From: a virus | Virus record (IMG/VR): IMGVR_UViG_3300037258_001185 | Coordinates: 20,252-84,251 of that record | Length of the DNA stretch: 64,000 bases | Direction: 5' to 3' (one strand) | Shown: piece after piece, positions 1 to 10,826 of the stretch | How positions within the stretch are numbered: the stretch's first letter is position 1 | How the letters are laid out: every line of letters begins with the position of its first letter | Notes under the pieces: generated by a model | Seen by the model: only the letters and a program-made list of their open reading frames with translations | Told to the model about the DNA's origin: nothing | Database searches by the model: none | Translations under genes and position numbers: made by a program

Positions 1-14
1 CTTACGAGCCGATC

Positions 15-1415
15 GTGCTCGCCTACAAGCCGGGCGGCACGCGGACGATGCAGGTCGATGAATGTCGAGTCGAGGGTGTGGTGCCCTCGACCACGCAGGG
101 ACAAGCTATTTCGGCGGGCGTCATCTACGGCAATGATCAACGCACGCTCCGACAATTAAATGGGCATAACGCCGGCCGCTGGCCCTCCAATGTCGCCACG
201 GACGGCAGCGACGAAGTGCTCGCGGCGTTCCCGCAGAGCGCCGGGCAGCAGGGCGACGTGCGCGGCAGCGAGCCGAGCGCCACGGGCGATAACGGCATCT
301 ACGGCCATTTTGACCGCGTGCCATTCAACAAGCGTGTCGGCGAGGCGTCTGCAGAGCGGCGTTACACCGATGCCGGTTCCTCTGACTCCGCGATGCTGCC
401 CGGCGCGCGGCGCGGTGACGCTGGCTCCGCCGCTCGATTCTTCTTTTCGGCACAGCCAGCCCCGGCCCCATGCGATCTTTGCGGGTGGCCGCGTGACGGA
501 TTTACAGGGACAATGGCCGAATGCAATGCACCTGTATCCAGCGCGGCCAGCACTTCATCGCAACCGGCCATAAATCCGAAGCCGCCCGCTTCTGTTCCAG
601 GCGATGTTCCGGGCTATTTACTGCTCGGCGACGGGGACACGAGCCGAGCGTCGAGCGCCCCTGCGAGCAATGCGGGAAGCCATTCATCGCCCCACCATCC
701 GACCACGCCAAGTTCTGCTCCGTTGCCTGCCGAGGTTTGGCCGCTGTCAAAGATCGTCCAAAATGTGGAGTCTGCGGCGCATCTGTGCGGCTCATGCGCA
801 ACCGCTATTGCTCAAAGTCTTGCAGCGTCAAGGCTCGGCCTCGCCCCGGAGTTACCACCCTTTCCGGCGTCTATATCCGAAACATCAAGGCAAATCCTGA
901 CCCGCAGCCTTGTGCTATATGTGGCGGGCCGGGAAAGCACAGACACCATCCTGACTACGCCGAGCTTGAGCGAATTGTTTGGCTCTGTGTTCCATGCCAT
1001 CGCCGAGAACATCAACTCGGAAAGAAACGTGGGAAAGGTGAATATCGGGTCCGGCCAGAAACGATTCCATTTCTCAAGTAAGGCCCAAAAATCTGATCGT
1101 TGGGGCAGCCGCCACCCGACAATTAAACCGGTCGAGTTGATGAAGTGGCTGGTGAAATTGGTTTGCCCCGAAAATGGGACGCTGCTTGATCCGTTTGCCG
1201 GCAGCGGCACGACGGGCGTGGCCGCCCTTGCCACCGGCCGCAATGCGATCCTGATCGAACAGCAGGCCGCTTACGTCGCCGACATTCACGCGCGCCTCGA
1301 CCACTACCGCGGCGAGGGGCGCCATTCCCTCGCCGTCAAGAACAGGTCGCGCGGCGCCCAGCCGGCGGAAGACGGCGACCTGTTCTCATGCGCAACCAAA
1401 GAGGATGCCGCATGA
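15..1415 (+). CDS. DNA N4/N6 methyltransferase, C-terminal part (5' end outside window), with a ~200-aa insertion
   Basis: HPTIKPVELMKWLV and LLDPFAGSGTTGVAA motifs; SAARFFFSA...RFHFSSKAQKSDR split by a Ser/Pro/Ala-rich insert. Confidence 0.85.
   Translation: MLAYKPGGTRTMQVDECRVEGVVPSTTQGQAISAGVIYGNDQRTLRQLNGHNAGRWPSNVATDGSDEVLAAFPQSAGQQGDVRGSEPSATGDNGIYGHFDRVPFNKRVGEASAERRYTDAGSSDSAMLPGARRGDAGSAARFFFSAQPAPAPCDLCGWPRDGFTGTMAECNAPVSSAASTSSQPAINPKPPASVPGDVPGYLLLGDGDTSRASSAPASNAGSHSSPHHPTTPSSAPLPAEVWPLSKIVQNVESAAHLCGSCATAIAQSLAASRLGLAPELPPFPASISETSRQILTRSLVLYVAGRESTDTILTTPSLSELFGSVFHAIAENINSERNVGKVNIGSGQKRFHFSSKAQKSDRWGSRHPTIKPVELMKWLVKLVCPENGTLLDPFAGSGTTGVAALATGRNAILIEQQAAYVADIHARLDHYRGEGRHSLAVKNRSRGAQPAEDGDLFSCATKEDAA
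521..1081 (+). CDS. Zinc-finger HNH endonuclease nested in another frame of the methyltransferase
   Basis: Repeated CxxC...FCSxxC fingers, then CAICG...HRHHPDY...WLCVPCHRREH; AGGGA ~10 nt before the ATG. Confidence 0.75.
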   Translation: MQCTCIQRGQHFIATGHKSEAARFCSRRCSGLFTARRRGHEPSVERPCEQCGKPFIAPPSDHAKFCSVACRGLAAVKDRPKCGVCGASVRLMRNRYCSKSCSVKARPRPGVTTLSGVYIRNIKANPDPQPCAICGGPGKHRHHPDYAELERIVWLCVPCHRREHQLGKKRGKGEYRVRPETIPFLK

Positions 1416-1880
1416 GCGCCGTCGCATTGCCCACCTACCTGCGGCAACGGCTCGCCATCGAATTGCCGCCATATCTACAAGGCCCTCTCGACAGGTTCCT
1501 TTTGGATTTGGCGCAGCAGGCCTTTGAAAACGGGAGGAAAGCGGGGGAGAAAGAAGCCTTCGAGCGTCTGACGGGGCACCGCGACCTGAAGCCGACGATC
1601 GGTGCCATCCAGCGCATCGTGGCTGAGGATTTCGCGCTGCCGCTAATCGACATGACGTCGGACCGACAGTCGCGGAACGTCGCGCGCCCGAGGCAAGTTG
1701 CCATCTTCCTGTGCCGCCAATACACTGATTTCAGCCTGAAGGTCATCGGCAAACACTTCGGCGGAAGAGACCATACGACTGTCAGTCACGCCATTTCCAC
1801 CGTTAACAGACTGGCGAAATCCGATCTGCAATTTGCCGATAGGATCGCGCGGATACGGTCCGCCGTGGAGTCTGCCTTTA

Positions 1881-1888
<8 letters not shown>
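1412..1888 (+). CDS. DnaA C-terminal (domain IV) HTH protein
   Basis: ARPRQVAIFLCRQYTDFSLKVIGKHFGGRDHTTVSHA is the DnaA domain IV signature; ATGA overlap with upstream stop. Confidence 0.85.
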
Positions 1889-2876
<988 letters not shown>

Positions 2877-3315
2877 GGGCTGGGAAATCCAGGTCGGGCT
2901 GTATCACCGCCTGCTGAACGATATTCCGCGCGACCTTCTCGCCGAAGGCATGTACCTGGCGCTGCGCGACGGCAAGTGGTTTCCCAAGCCGGCGGAAATT
3001 CGCGAGCCGATCAGAAGCGTCCTCGCGCGCCGGCAACTCACCGCGAAACGCCTTGATCTGGCGCTCAGCCGCGCTCGCCGGGAGAGCAGGAGTCAACCCA
3101 CGCGGCGGCCGAGCGAGGAGGAGAAGCGCGAGGTGGAAGCGATCATCGCGACGCTGTGCGCCAGATCGCCGCGCCACGAACGGCCGCGCGAATCCGAGCG
3201 GATGACAGGCGCCGAGCGCGAGCGTGTTGCCGCGGAGACCAAGAGTTTTCGTTTGCCGGGAGCGGATGATCCCGGCGTCAAAAAATGGCTGCGGGCCATG
3301 GGAGAGGAGTGAGCA

Positions 3316-3813
3316 ATGGCGGGTTCGATCAACAAGGTTATCCTGCTCGGCAACGTCGGTAAGGATCCGGAAATCAGGTCGACACAGGACGGACGCCGTA
3401 TCGCGAACTTCTCGATCGCGACATCGGAGACGTGGAAAGACCGCGCCTCCGGCGAGCGCAAGGAGCGCACGACCTGGCACAACATCGTGGTGTTCAACGA
3501 ACATCTCGTGCCGATCGTCGAGCAGTACGTCAAGAAGGGGTCGAAGCTCTACGTCGAGGGCGCGATGCAGACCCGCAAGTGGACCGACAACCAGGGCCAG
3601 GACCGCTACACGACCGAGGTCGTTCTGGCGCAATACCGCGGCGAGATCGCGCTGCTCGGCGACAGCCACAGCAACCGCCCGCCCGCCGCCGGCAGCGCGG
3701 ACGACTATGGTCAGGAATCCGCTCGTCCGGGTTACAGCGCCAGGCACGGCCTCGGCGCCGGCGTTCCACAGAGCGGGTCCGGAAGCGATCTCGACGACGA
3801 CATCCCATTTTGA
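3316..3813 (+). CDS. ssb: Single-stranded DNA-binding protein
   Basis: MAGSINKVILLGNVGKDPEIR N-terminus and DLDDDIPF C-terminus. Confidence 0.97.
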   Translation: MAGSINKVILLGNVGKDPEIRSTQDGRRIANFSIATSETWKDRASGERKERTTWHNIVVFNEHLVPIVEQYVKKGSKLYVEGAMQTRKWTDNQGQDRYTTEVVLAQYRGEIALLGDSHSNRPPAAGSADDYGQESARPGYSARHGLGAGVPQSGSGSDLDDDIPF

Positions 3814-3992
3814 AGCTGATCATCTGCAACGGGCGCGAACTCGAGGTGCGAGACCTGGGTCCACCGCTTTTGCGGCTTCGCGCCGGAGCCGTGCCCATCA
3901 AGATCAACGGTCACTTGGTTGTCGAAGACGACGAGGCGCGCCGCCAGATAGCGGCGCTGCTGGCGACGGGCCTGTATCAGCGCGAGTGACCG

Positions 3993-4241
3993 ATGCTGGC
4001 CGATGACACGATGATCGACGCGGCGCTTTGCCGGGCGGCGCGCGGGCTGCTCGACTGGTCACAGGATCAGCTCGCCGAGGCGGCGCAGGTCTCCCGCGGC
4101 ACGATCCTCAGCTTCGAGCGCGGCCTGTCGTTGCCGTGGCGGGTCAATAGGCTGGCGATCGAAGCTGCATTCGCCGCGGCGGGGATACGATTCGTTAAAT
4201 CCGCAGACGGAGCAGGGTGCATCCTGGCCGGCCGTCCTTAA
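3993..4241 (+). CDS. XRE-family HTH regulator
   Basis: RAARGLLDWSQDQLAEAAQVSRGTILSFERG. Confidence 0.85.
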   Translation: MLADDTMIDAALCRAARGLLDWSQDQLAEAAQVSRGTILSFERGLSLPWRVNRLAIEAAFAAAGIRFVKSADGAGCILAGRP

Positions 4242-4399
4242 AAGAAGCGCAAAATGCGCACCTTGTACCTTGGATTTGGCAAAAGGTGCGCCGCCGATGA
4301 AGTTAAGGCGATTTTTGTTTCATAGTATTCCCAAGCAATAAACAATGTGCCAGCGGTCCGCCGGGGGGCGGAACGCCTTGACATGCGGCGCGGGGGCGC

Positions 4400-5377
4400 A
4401 TGAGGAAGAAACGCGGGAGACCGGCGGCGATCGACCGTCCGCATTATTCCAGCGGACGCGTCGAGAACCCGGCACATCAGGATATCGCCTCGCCATTTGC
4501 CGCAGCGCGCCGCGTCGCGCTCGCCGACCCGCGAGCCGCCGGCACCGCGGTAAACAAAGCGGAGGCCGCCGCCGGCGCCGCCGGCAAGGCATTCGGTCCG
4601 GAAGACGCAGCTCGCGCCATCGCGGGTATCGCGGTCGATGCCGACCGCGCGAGCACCGCCATCGGCCGCTACTTCCTGTGGTCGTTGCATCACGGCACCA
4701 AACACCGCCTGACCGAAGCGCAATACCTGGCCGGCTGCCGATACGCCAGCCAGCACGGCATGGCCTGGGCGGGCTTGCATGATGACCTCAAACGGGTCAG
4801 CGGCGACGTCCTGAGGGACATCGTGGTGCCGCGGCGACACCCGCCTGCGGCTCTCGGCAACCACGTCGCGACCACGCCGGCGACAGACCTTAACCCCCGG
4901 CCGAAACCCAGCCCGGACGAGCTGATCGAGTATCGGCAGCGGCAGTGGCATCGGTACATCGCGGCCAGGGAAACGCTGCTCCAGATCGGCTTGGCCGTGA
5001 CCCTGGCCGTCGAGGATCTCGTCATCGAGGGACACGATCCATGGTGGCTCAGTCCGTCGTCCTGCCGTCTTGGGGAGACCGAGGCGCGGCACCGCGCGGC
5101 CGAGGTGTTTCATCAGCGCTCGATGCTGGTCGACGGCCTGACGGCGCTGGCCCAACTCTTCGGCACCGATAAAGAGGTCGCCAGCAGAGAGGGCGGCGAT
5201 CCATCGGGCGCATCCGACACGCCGCGCGCTCCGCCCCCTCAGGCGACGCGACGAGCGCAGGCCAGGCTGCCGATCATTCTCACCAGGGACGACGCAAACC
5301 TTAGCGCCGGCGCCATCGTGGCATCGGTGAACCGCCTGAAGCAGCAGCGCAATAGCGTGGGGGGTTGCGATGGATAA
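4400..5377 (+). CDS. Hypothetical protein (possible late-gene regulator)
   Basis: Long ORF after an AT-rich intergenic region; function guessed from position only. Confidence 0.5.
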   Translation: MRKKRGRPAAIDRPHYSSGRVENPAHQDIASPFAAARRVALADPRAAGTAVNKAEAAAGAAGKAFGPEDAARAIAGIAVDADRASTAIGRYFLWSLHHGTKHRLTEAQYLAGCRYASQHGMAWAGLHDDLKRVSGDVLRDIVVPRRHPPAALGNHVATTPATDLNPRPKPSPDELIEYRQRQWHRYIAARETLLQIGLAVTLAVEDLVIEGHDPWWLSPSSCRLGETEARHRAAEVFHQRSMLVDGLTALAQLFGTDKEVASREGGDPSGASDTPRAPPPQATRRAQARLPIILTRDDANLSAGAIVASVNRLKQQRNSVGGCDG

Positions 5378-5579
5378 CTTGAACAGGGCCGGGGCTACCG
5401 AGTTGGCCGGTCGCATTTGCGATTACTGGATCAGCAACGGCTTTGCCGGCATCAGCGCCATTGTCGTGCCGATCGGAAACGTCGGCGGCGAACAAGTGTA
5501 TGGCGTCCGCAGCAACATCGGCGGCAGCGGCTTCCCGCCGCGCCGGACGACCGCGACCAGCACGCGGGAGGCGGCATGA
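5370..5579 (+). CDS. Hypothetical protein
   Basis: Overlapping start/stop with neighbours. Confidence 0.55.
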   Translation: MDNLNRAGATELAGRICDYWISNGFAGISAIVVPIGNVGGEQVYGVRSNIGGSGFPPRRTTATSTREAA

Positions 5580-5854
5580 GAAACTTCATCGAGCTGGACG
5601 GCGTGAGCGCCATCGAGCGGGATATTCTGATTGCCTCGCGATGGGCGGCAGCGATGGCCATGAAGGCGATCTCCGCCTCGGCGGTCTGGGGCGCCGATTT
5701 TAACGCGGACACCCACCGGGGGCGCCCCTCGCCGGCAATCGTGCGCATCAACGCTCCGGGTTACCCCAAGGTTGTCCGCGACCGCCTCGGGCGCGAGTTC
5801 GTGGTTCACCGCGGCGTCGACCGCGCCACGTTCCGGGGGATGCAGTCCAGATGA
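5576..5854 (+). CDS. Hypothetical protein
   Basis: GGAGG RBS and ATGA overlap. Confidence 0.5.
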   Translation: MRNFIELDGVSAIERDILIASRWAAAMAMKAISASAVWGADFNADTHRGRPSPAIVRINAPGYPKVVRDRLGREFVVHRGVDRATFRGMQSR

Positions 5855-6444
5855 TACTGGCAGCAGATCATCCAGCCGCCAGCACGGCCCGCATCCATGG
5901 CAACGGCTTCCTGCAGATCGACCTGCTGGACGGATCGCGGCTGCATCTTTGGGATGACCGGCTGCCGAGGCAGGCGGTCAACTCGGCGATCCACAACCAC
6001 CGCTTCGGCTTCATCAGCGAGGTGCTGCGCGGCACGATCATCAATACCGAGCTCGCGTGGGTGCCGGCCGCTTCCAACGGCGATGGTCGCGCGACGCACG
6101 CGCTCTACCGGACCGAGCGCCGTGCCGGCACCGAGGACACGCACCTCGTCGACACCGGCCACCGCGGCACCTTCGTCGCGACCAAATCCCATATCGTGCA
6201 CGCCGGCAATCGCTACCGGTTCCCGGCGGCTCGTTTCCACACGACGCACCACCTCGGCCTGACGGTAACGCGGCTGCACAAGCGCCACATCGACGAGACA
6301 GTGGCGGTGATCGCGGCCCTGCGTCTCGGCGAGCAGCCCGACAACGAGTTCAATCGCGACACAGCCCCGATCCCCGGATGGGTGTGGAGCGTCGTGGCGC
6401 CCTACCTGACTGCCGCGCCAGCCGAACTGCCGGTGGCTGCCTGA
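5851..6444 (+). CDS. Cupin-like (double-stranded beta-helix) protein
   Basis: HGNGFLQ...IHNHRFGFISEVLRG...FH metal-binding pattern. Confidence 0.55.
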   Translation: MILAADHPAASTARIHGNGFLQIDLLDGSRLHLWDDRLPRQAVNSAIHNHRFGFISEVLRGTIINTELAWVPAASNGDGRATHALYRTERRAGTEDTHLVDTGHRGTFVATKSHIVHAGNRYRFPAARFHTTHHLGLTVTRLHKRHIDETVAVIAALRLGEQPDNEFNRDTAPIPGWVWSVVAPYLTAAPAELPVAA

Positions 6445-6482
6445 TGGACGCGCACGTCCGGCCCAACTGACGGAGAACGTAG

Positions 6483-6683
6483 ATGCCGACAATCGGATTC
6501 CTACCGCTGCTTGGTCTGCTGTTCATCGGCCTCAAGCTCGGGGGCGTGATCGCCTGGTCGTGGTTCTGGGTAACGCTGCCGCTCTGGGCCGGCCTCTTCG
6601 TCGCGCTTGCGATATTTGGCGTCATCGCGGTCATCACCACACTCGCCGGCATATCGATCAAGGCCACGACACACCGCCGATAA
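6483..6683 (+). CDS. Small membrane protein
   Basis: LFIGLKLGGVIAWSWFWVTLPLW hydrophobic pattern; GGAG RBS. Confidence 0.65.
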   Translation: MPTIGFLPLLGLLFIGLKLGGVIAWSWFWVTLPLWAGLFVALAIFGVIAVITTLAGISIKATTHRR

Positions 6684-6789
6684 TAGCGGCCCGGCGCCCT
6701 CCCTTCGGGGCACTGAAAGAGGTCTGAGAATGGTAGTTATCGTCGCTCACGCAGGCGTTTCCTGGGGCCGGTTCTGACCGGCGATAACC

Positions 6790-7761
6790 ATGGAAACCCG
6801 ATCCCACGAAATGCCCGAAAACGCCAACCTTCCTGCGCGCCTCGGCGACCTGCCGGCCATCGGCCAAAGGGCGGCCGATTTTGCGCGCTCGGCGAGGTCG
6901 CCGGCGACGCTGCGCGCATACGAGTGGGATTGGGCCGATTTCGTCGCGTGGTGCGATGCGCTTGACCTCGCTTCCCTGCCGGCCGAACCGACGACAGTCG
7001 GGGCCTACCTCTCTGACCGTGCAGGGAAATTGAAGGTCGCGACGCTCGAACGGCGGCGCGCCGCGATCGCGTTTTATCATCGGCGCGCCGGGCATGGGTT
7101 CGATAATGAGCATTTGGCCATCGCCAGCGTCATGTCCGGCATCCGCCGAACGCTCGGATCTCGCCAGGACGGCAAGGCGGCGATTCTGACCGAGGATCTG
7201 CGCGCAATGGTGCGAACCCTGCCGGACACGCTGCGCGGCGTGCGCGACCGCGCCGTCCTGCTGATCGGCTTCGGCGGCGCCTTCCGACGCTCCGAACTGG
7301 TCGCCCTCGATCGCGAGGATTGCCAGATCAGCTCCGGTGGCATCGTCATCACCGTACGGAAATCGAAAACCGACCAGGAGGGCCGCGGCCGCGAGGTTGG
7401 CATTCCGCGCTCGAAGCGCACTTGCCCGGTCGCCGCGCTTGAGCACTGGCTGCGGATGGCTGGGATCGAGGACGGCCCGGTGTTCTGCGCTGTCGTGCAC
7501 AACACCAAGCCCGGCGCCAGGCTGGCTGGCAAAGCCGTCGCCGACATCGTAAAGGCCGCCGCCAAGGCCGCCGGATACGACCCGGCGAAATACGGCGCCC
7601 ATTCACTGCGCAGCGGCTTTGCCACATCGGCGGCCCGGGCCGGCGCCGATATCGCGCACATCATGCAGCAGACCGGCCACAAGAGCGTCGACGTCGCGCG
7701 CCGCTATGTCCGTCGCGGCAACCTGTTTGAAAACCCGGCGTCCAAGGCGGTGCGACTGTGA
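6790..7761 (+). CDS. Tyrosine recombinase (Cre-like)
   Basis: RDRA..FRRSEL, SKTDQ, HSLRSGF, TGH..RRY catalytic residues; N-terminal core-binding domain. Confidence 0.92.
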   Translation: METRSHEMPENANLPARLGDLPAIGQRAADFARSARSPATLRAYEWDWADFVAWCDALDLASLPAEPTTVGAYLSDRAGKLKVATLERRRAAIAFYHRRAGHGFDNEHLAIASVMSGIRRTLGSRQDGKAAILTEDLRAMVRTLPDTLRGVRDRAVLLIGFGGAFRRSELVALDREDCQISSGGIVITVRKSKTDQEGRGREVGIPRSKRTCPVAALEHWLRMAGIEDGPVFCAVVHNTKPGARLAGKAVADIVKAAAKAAGYDPAKYGAHSLRSGFATSAARAGADIAHIMQQTGHKSVDVARRYVRRGNLFENPASKAVRL

Positions 7762-7955
7762 GTTTGGTTATCGCCGAGCTGCTGCAGATCGCACTTCAGG
7801 GCGCGATCATCCTGCTCATGGCGCAGGGTTATTGGCTGTTCCTGGCAGCCCATCTGCCGCTCGCCGCGCTTGCCGGCTACTGCGGAACCACCGCGACGCT
7901 GATTGCCGCCAATCTCCACGTAGCGCTGACACGGGGGAAGGGACATGCCAACTAA
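7758..7955 (+). CDS. Small membrane protein
   Basis: Hydrophobic ORF coupled to both neighbours. Confidence 0.45.
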   Translation: MSLVIAELLQIALQGAIILLMAQGYWLFLAAHLPLAALAGYCGTTATLIAANLHVALTRGKGHAN

Positions 7956-9327
7956 GCCGCGATCGCCGGACAGAATTGCCGCCATCACCGCCGCGGTCGA
8001 GGATTGCCTGCGGGAGGGCTTCACGCCGCCCGGCCAATTCGGCGGGCGCGGCTCAGCCATTCGGGAGGCCGCACGTCGCCTGGACGTCAACCCGACGACG
8101 CTTCTCGGCACGGTTCGGGGCGAGGAAGAAAAATTCCGCTGCAACAAGCCGGCCCGCGTGCCGGACTGGAGCCTGTACGCGCCGCCGGACGAGAGCTCGC
8201 GGGTAGTCGGCGCCAGCGGTCACACGCTGAAGGGCGTCTCGATCCTGACCGACGCCAAGGGCGTCGAGATGGGGCGCTGGACAAAAACCGCGCGGGCCGG
8301 CCGCGATGATGCGGACGTCCAGCACCTCCCTGACCCCAAGACGATCAGCAAGATCAGCACGCTCAAGGACCAGGACGGCAAGGTCACCCAGCAATGGGTA
8401 ACGGAGAAGCCGGCAGATGCCGAGCGGGAGGCGCTGTGGTTTGCTGCGGCTGCGGCGCTGGCCGCGGCGTTGCCGCCGGCGCCTCCGATAGCCGGGCCCG
8501 CGAACCAGCCGAGCGCTGACCTGCTCGCGCTCTATCCGGTCGGTGACCACCACAATGGCCTCTATGCCTGGTGGCGAGAAACTGGCGCATCCTACGACCT
8601 CGATATCGCCGAGAAGCTGCTGGCGCGGGCGACCGACGAATTGATCGCGTTGCTGCCACCCTGCGAGACATCGCTGATCGCGCTGCTGGGCGATTATTTC
8701 CACTACGACAGCCTGGAGCCGGTGACGCCGACGAGCCGCAACATGCTCGACAGCGACGGCCGCTACGCCAAGATGATCGACGTCGGCATGCGCAGCGTGC
8801 GCCGGATGATCGAGCGCGCTGCCGAGCGCCACAGCCGCGTCCATGTCATCGTCGAAACCGGCAATCACGACCTGTCGAGTTCGATCTTTCTCGCGCTGGC
8901 GCTCCACCAGATTTACCGCGACAACCCGCGGATCACCATCGACACGTCGCCGGCGCATTTCCACTACTTCGAGTGGGGCAAGGTGCTGATCGCCACGCAT
9001 CACGGCCACGGCGTCAAGATGCAAAACCTGCCGCTGATCATGGCCGCCGATCGACGTGAGGCGTGGGGCCGAACCAAATACGGCTACTGGCTGACCGGCC
9101 ACGTCCACCATGCCGAGACGCAATCGGCAGTCGTCAACAAGGATTTTGCCAACGTTTCGGTCGAGAGCTTCCGTGTCCTCGCCCCGGTCGACGCCTGGGC
9201 AGCCCAGAAAGGCTACCGCTCGATCCGGGACATGAAAGCCATCGTGATGCACCGTGAGTTCGGCGAGGTCGCGAGATTTTCGGTGAAACCAGAAATGTTT
9301 GATACGGGGATGGAGTTGGCCGCATGA
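7945..9327 (+). CDS. HTH plus calcineurin-like metallophosphoesterase
   Basis: GDHH, GDYFH, GNHD, HHGH and GHVHH motifs. Confidence 0.8.
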   Translation: MPTKPRSPDRIAAITAAVEDCLREGFTPPGQFGGRGSAIREAARRLDVNPTTLLGTVRGEEEKFRCNKPARVPDWSLYAPPDESSRVVGASGHTLKGVSILTDAKGVEMGRWTKTARAGRDDADVQHLPDPKTISKISTLKDQDGKVTQQWVTEKPADAEREALWFAAAAALAAALPPAPPIAGPANQPSADLLALYPVGDHHNGLYAWWRETGASYDLDIAEKLLARATDELIALLPPCETSLIALLGDYFHYDSLEPVTPTSRNMLDSDGRYAKMIDVGMRSVRRMIERAAERHSRVHVIVETGNHDLSSSIFLALALHQIYRDNPRITIDTSPAHFHYFEWGKVLIATHHGHGVKMQNLPLIMAADRREAWGRTKYGYWLTGHVHHAETQSAVVNKDFANVSVESFRVLAPVDAWAAQKGYRSIRDMKAIVMHREFGEVARFSVKPEMFDTGMELAA

Positions 9328-9695
9328 GCTATTGGTACATCGGTTCTCCATACGCCAAATACCCCGGCGGCCCCGACGCGGCCTTCGATGAAATCTGCCG
9401 CGTCATGGGCGAGTTCGCGAAAGCCGGAGTGCCGGCATTTTCGCCAATCGCGCATTGCCATCCGATCGCCAAGGCGGCCGGCCTCGATCCGCTCGACTAC
9501 AGAATCTGGCTGCCGTTTATGGAGCCGATTATGACCGGCGCCAAAGGCCTCGTCGTCGTCAAGATGGCGACCTGGGAAGACAGCTACGGCCTGAAGCAGG
9601 AGATCATCAGCTTCGACTCGGCCCGCAAGCAGATCCGCTATCTCGACCCGGACATGCTGTTCCTCGACAATGTGCCCCTGCGGAGGGTGGCGTGA
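9324..9695 (+). CDS. DUF1937 / nucleoside deoxyribosyltransferase-like protein
   Basis: YIGSPY, FSPIAHCH, WEDSYGLKQEI. Confidence 0.7.
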   Translation: MSYWYIGSPYAKYPGGPDAAFDEICRVMGEFAKAGVPAFSPIAHCHPIAKAAGLDPLDYRIWLPFMEPIMTGAKGLVVVKMATWEDSYGLKQEIISFDSARKQIRYLDPDMLFLDNVPLRRVA

Positions 9696-10408
9696 TGGCG
9701 GATTCACGGACATGGGCCGCTGCTGGCGAAGAGGTATGCGCGACGGCCGCGGCGCCCGGCGAGCCGCAGATGAACCCCAAGGATCGCGTCGCCAAGGGCA
9801 AGGTGCCGCTGAGCCTGATCCCGCCGTCGGCGCTGGTCTACTGCGCGATGGCGCTCCGCTCCGGGGCCTACGAGTCGCCGCGGGCTGATGGCGGCATTGG
9901 GTACGATCCGTATAACTGGCGCGCCATCGCGATCCAGTACATGACCTATCTCGATGCCGACCTGCGGCACAGCGCTCGGCTGATCGATCGCGAGGATTTT
10001 GATCCGGTCAGCGCCGTGCACGCGCTCGGTCACAAGATGGCCTGCTGCGCCATTCTGATCGATGCCATCGAGGGCGGATGGCTGATCGACGACCGGCCGC
10101 TACGCGGTCCGGCGCCGGCATTGCTCGACCGGATGAAGACGTTCATCGCGGAACGGACGGCGGCGGCCGAGCAAACGGCCACGCCACCGGCCGATCTCTC
10201 GATGGTCGAGCCGGAAGCGCGCCGGCTCAGGCCGACCGACAGCGCAGGTGATCGCCGCGGGCTCGACGAACAGGGCGAACCGATCGGCAATGTGCGGGAG
10301 CCGCGCGACAGCATGATCCAGGATTTGCTCAGCAAAAGCGCGGCCGCCTTCACTGCCATGCCGCCGGAGCAACGCCGCACGCGCCGGATATGGCACCACC
10401 AGGTCTGA
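9695..10408 (+). CDS. dATP/dGTP diphosphohydrolase-domain (DUF5664-like) protein
   Basis: NPKD...KVPLSLIP...YDPYNWR...RH...HALGH. Confidence 0.7.
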   Translation: MADSRTWAAAGEEVCATAAAPGEPQMNPKDRVAKGKVPLSLIPPSALVYCAMALRSGAYESPRADGGIGYDPYNWRAIAIQYMTYLDADLRHSARLIDREDFDPVSAVHALGHKMACCAILIDAIEGGWLIDDRPLRGPAPALLDRMKTFIAERTAAAEQTATPPADLSMVEPEARRLRPTDSAGDRRGLDEQGEPIGNVREPRDSMIQDLLSKSAAAFTAMPPEQRRTRRIWHHQV

Positions 10409-10412
10409 TGCC

Positions 10413-10604
10413 ATGACCGATCCGACCGTCATCCTGGATCCTCATGCCGTCTGGATGCTGATCGTCTGCAGCGGCCTGGCTCTGTTTTTCTCGATCGTGC
10501 AGCTCGCAATCGATGTCCGCCGGCCGCCGCCGCCACCGTTGCCGCCGCGCGACAAGCGTGACGATCCGGACCCGGCCAACTACCCGATCTTCCCGATTTT
10601 CTGA
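10413..10604 (+). CDS. Small membrane protein
   Basis: One TM segment and a Pro-rich tail. Confidence 0.45.
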   Translation: MTDPTVILDPHAVWMLIVCSGLALFFSIVQLAIDVRRPPPPPLPPRDKRDDPDPANYPIFPIF

Positions 10605-10610
10605 GGGCAT

Positions 10611-10811
10611 ATGACCGAGGACGATCTCGCTGAAGCAACAGGCCTCGTGAGCCGCTTCTATCGGGCGAAGAAACACGGAGCGCCGCACGAGACGCTGTTT
10701 GCGATCCAGCGCCGGCTATTGGTGCTGAACGTGACGCTGAACACGCCCGTCGAGGCGCCCGATCCGCACGCGCCGCCTGGCGGATCAGTCCTCGCCCAGA
10801 AAGCAGCCTAA
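10611..10811 (+). CDS. Hypothetical protein
   Basis: RBS; in operon. Confidence 0.45.
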   Translation: MTEDDLAEATGLVSRFYRAKKHGAPHETLFAIQRRLLVLNVTLNTPVEAPDPHAPPGGSVLAQKAA

Positions 10812-10826
10812 GAGGAGAACTGGCTC

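Noticed and set aside
440-1085. Intein or group I intron in the methyltransferase
   Set aside because: No C/S...HN-C/S/T ends in the MTase frame and little room outside the HNH ORF for an intron core; kept as a dual-coding finding
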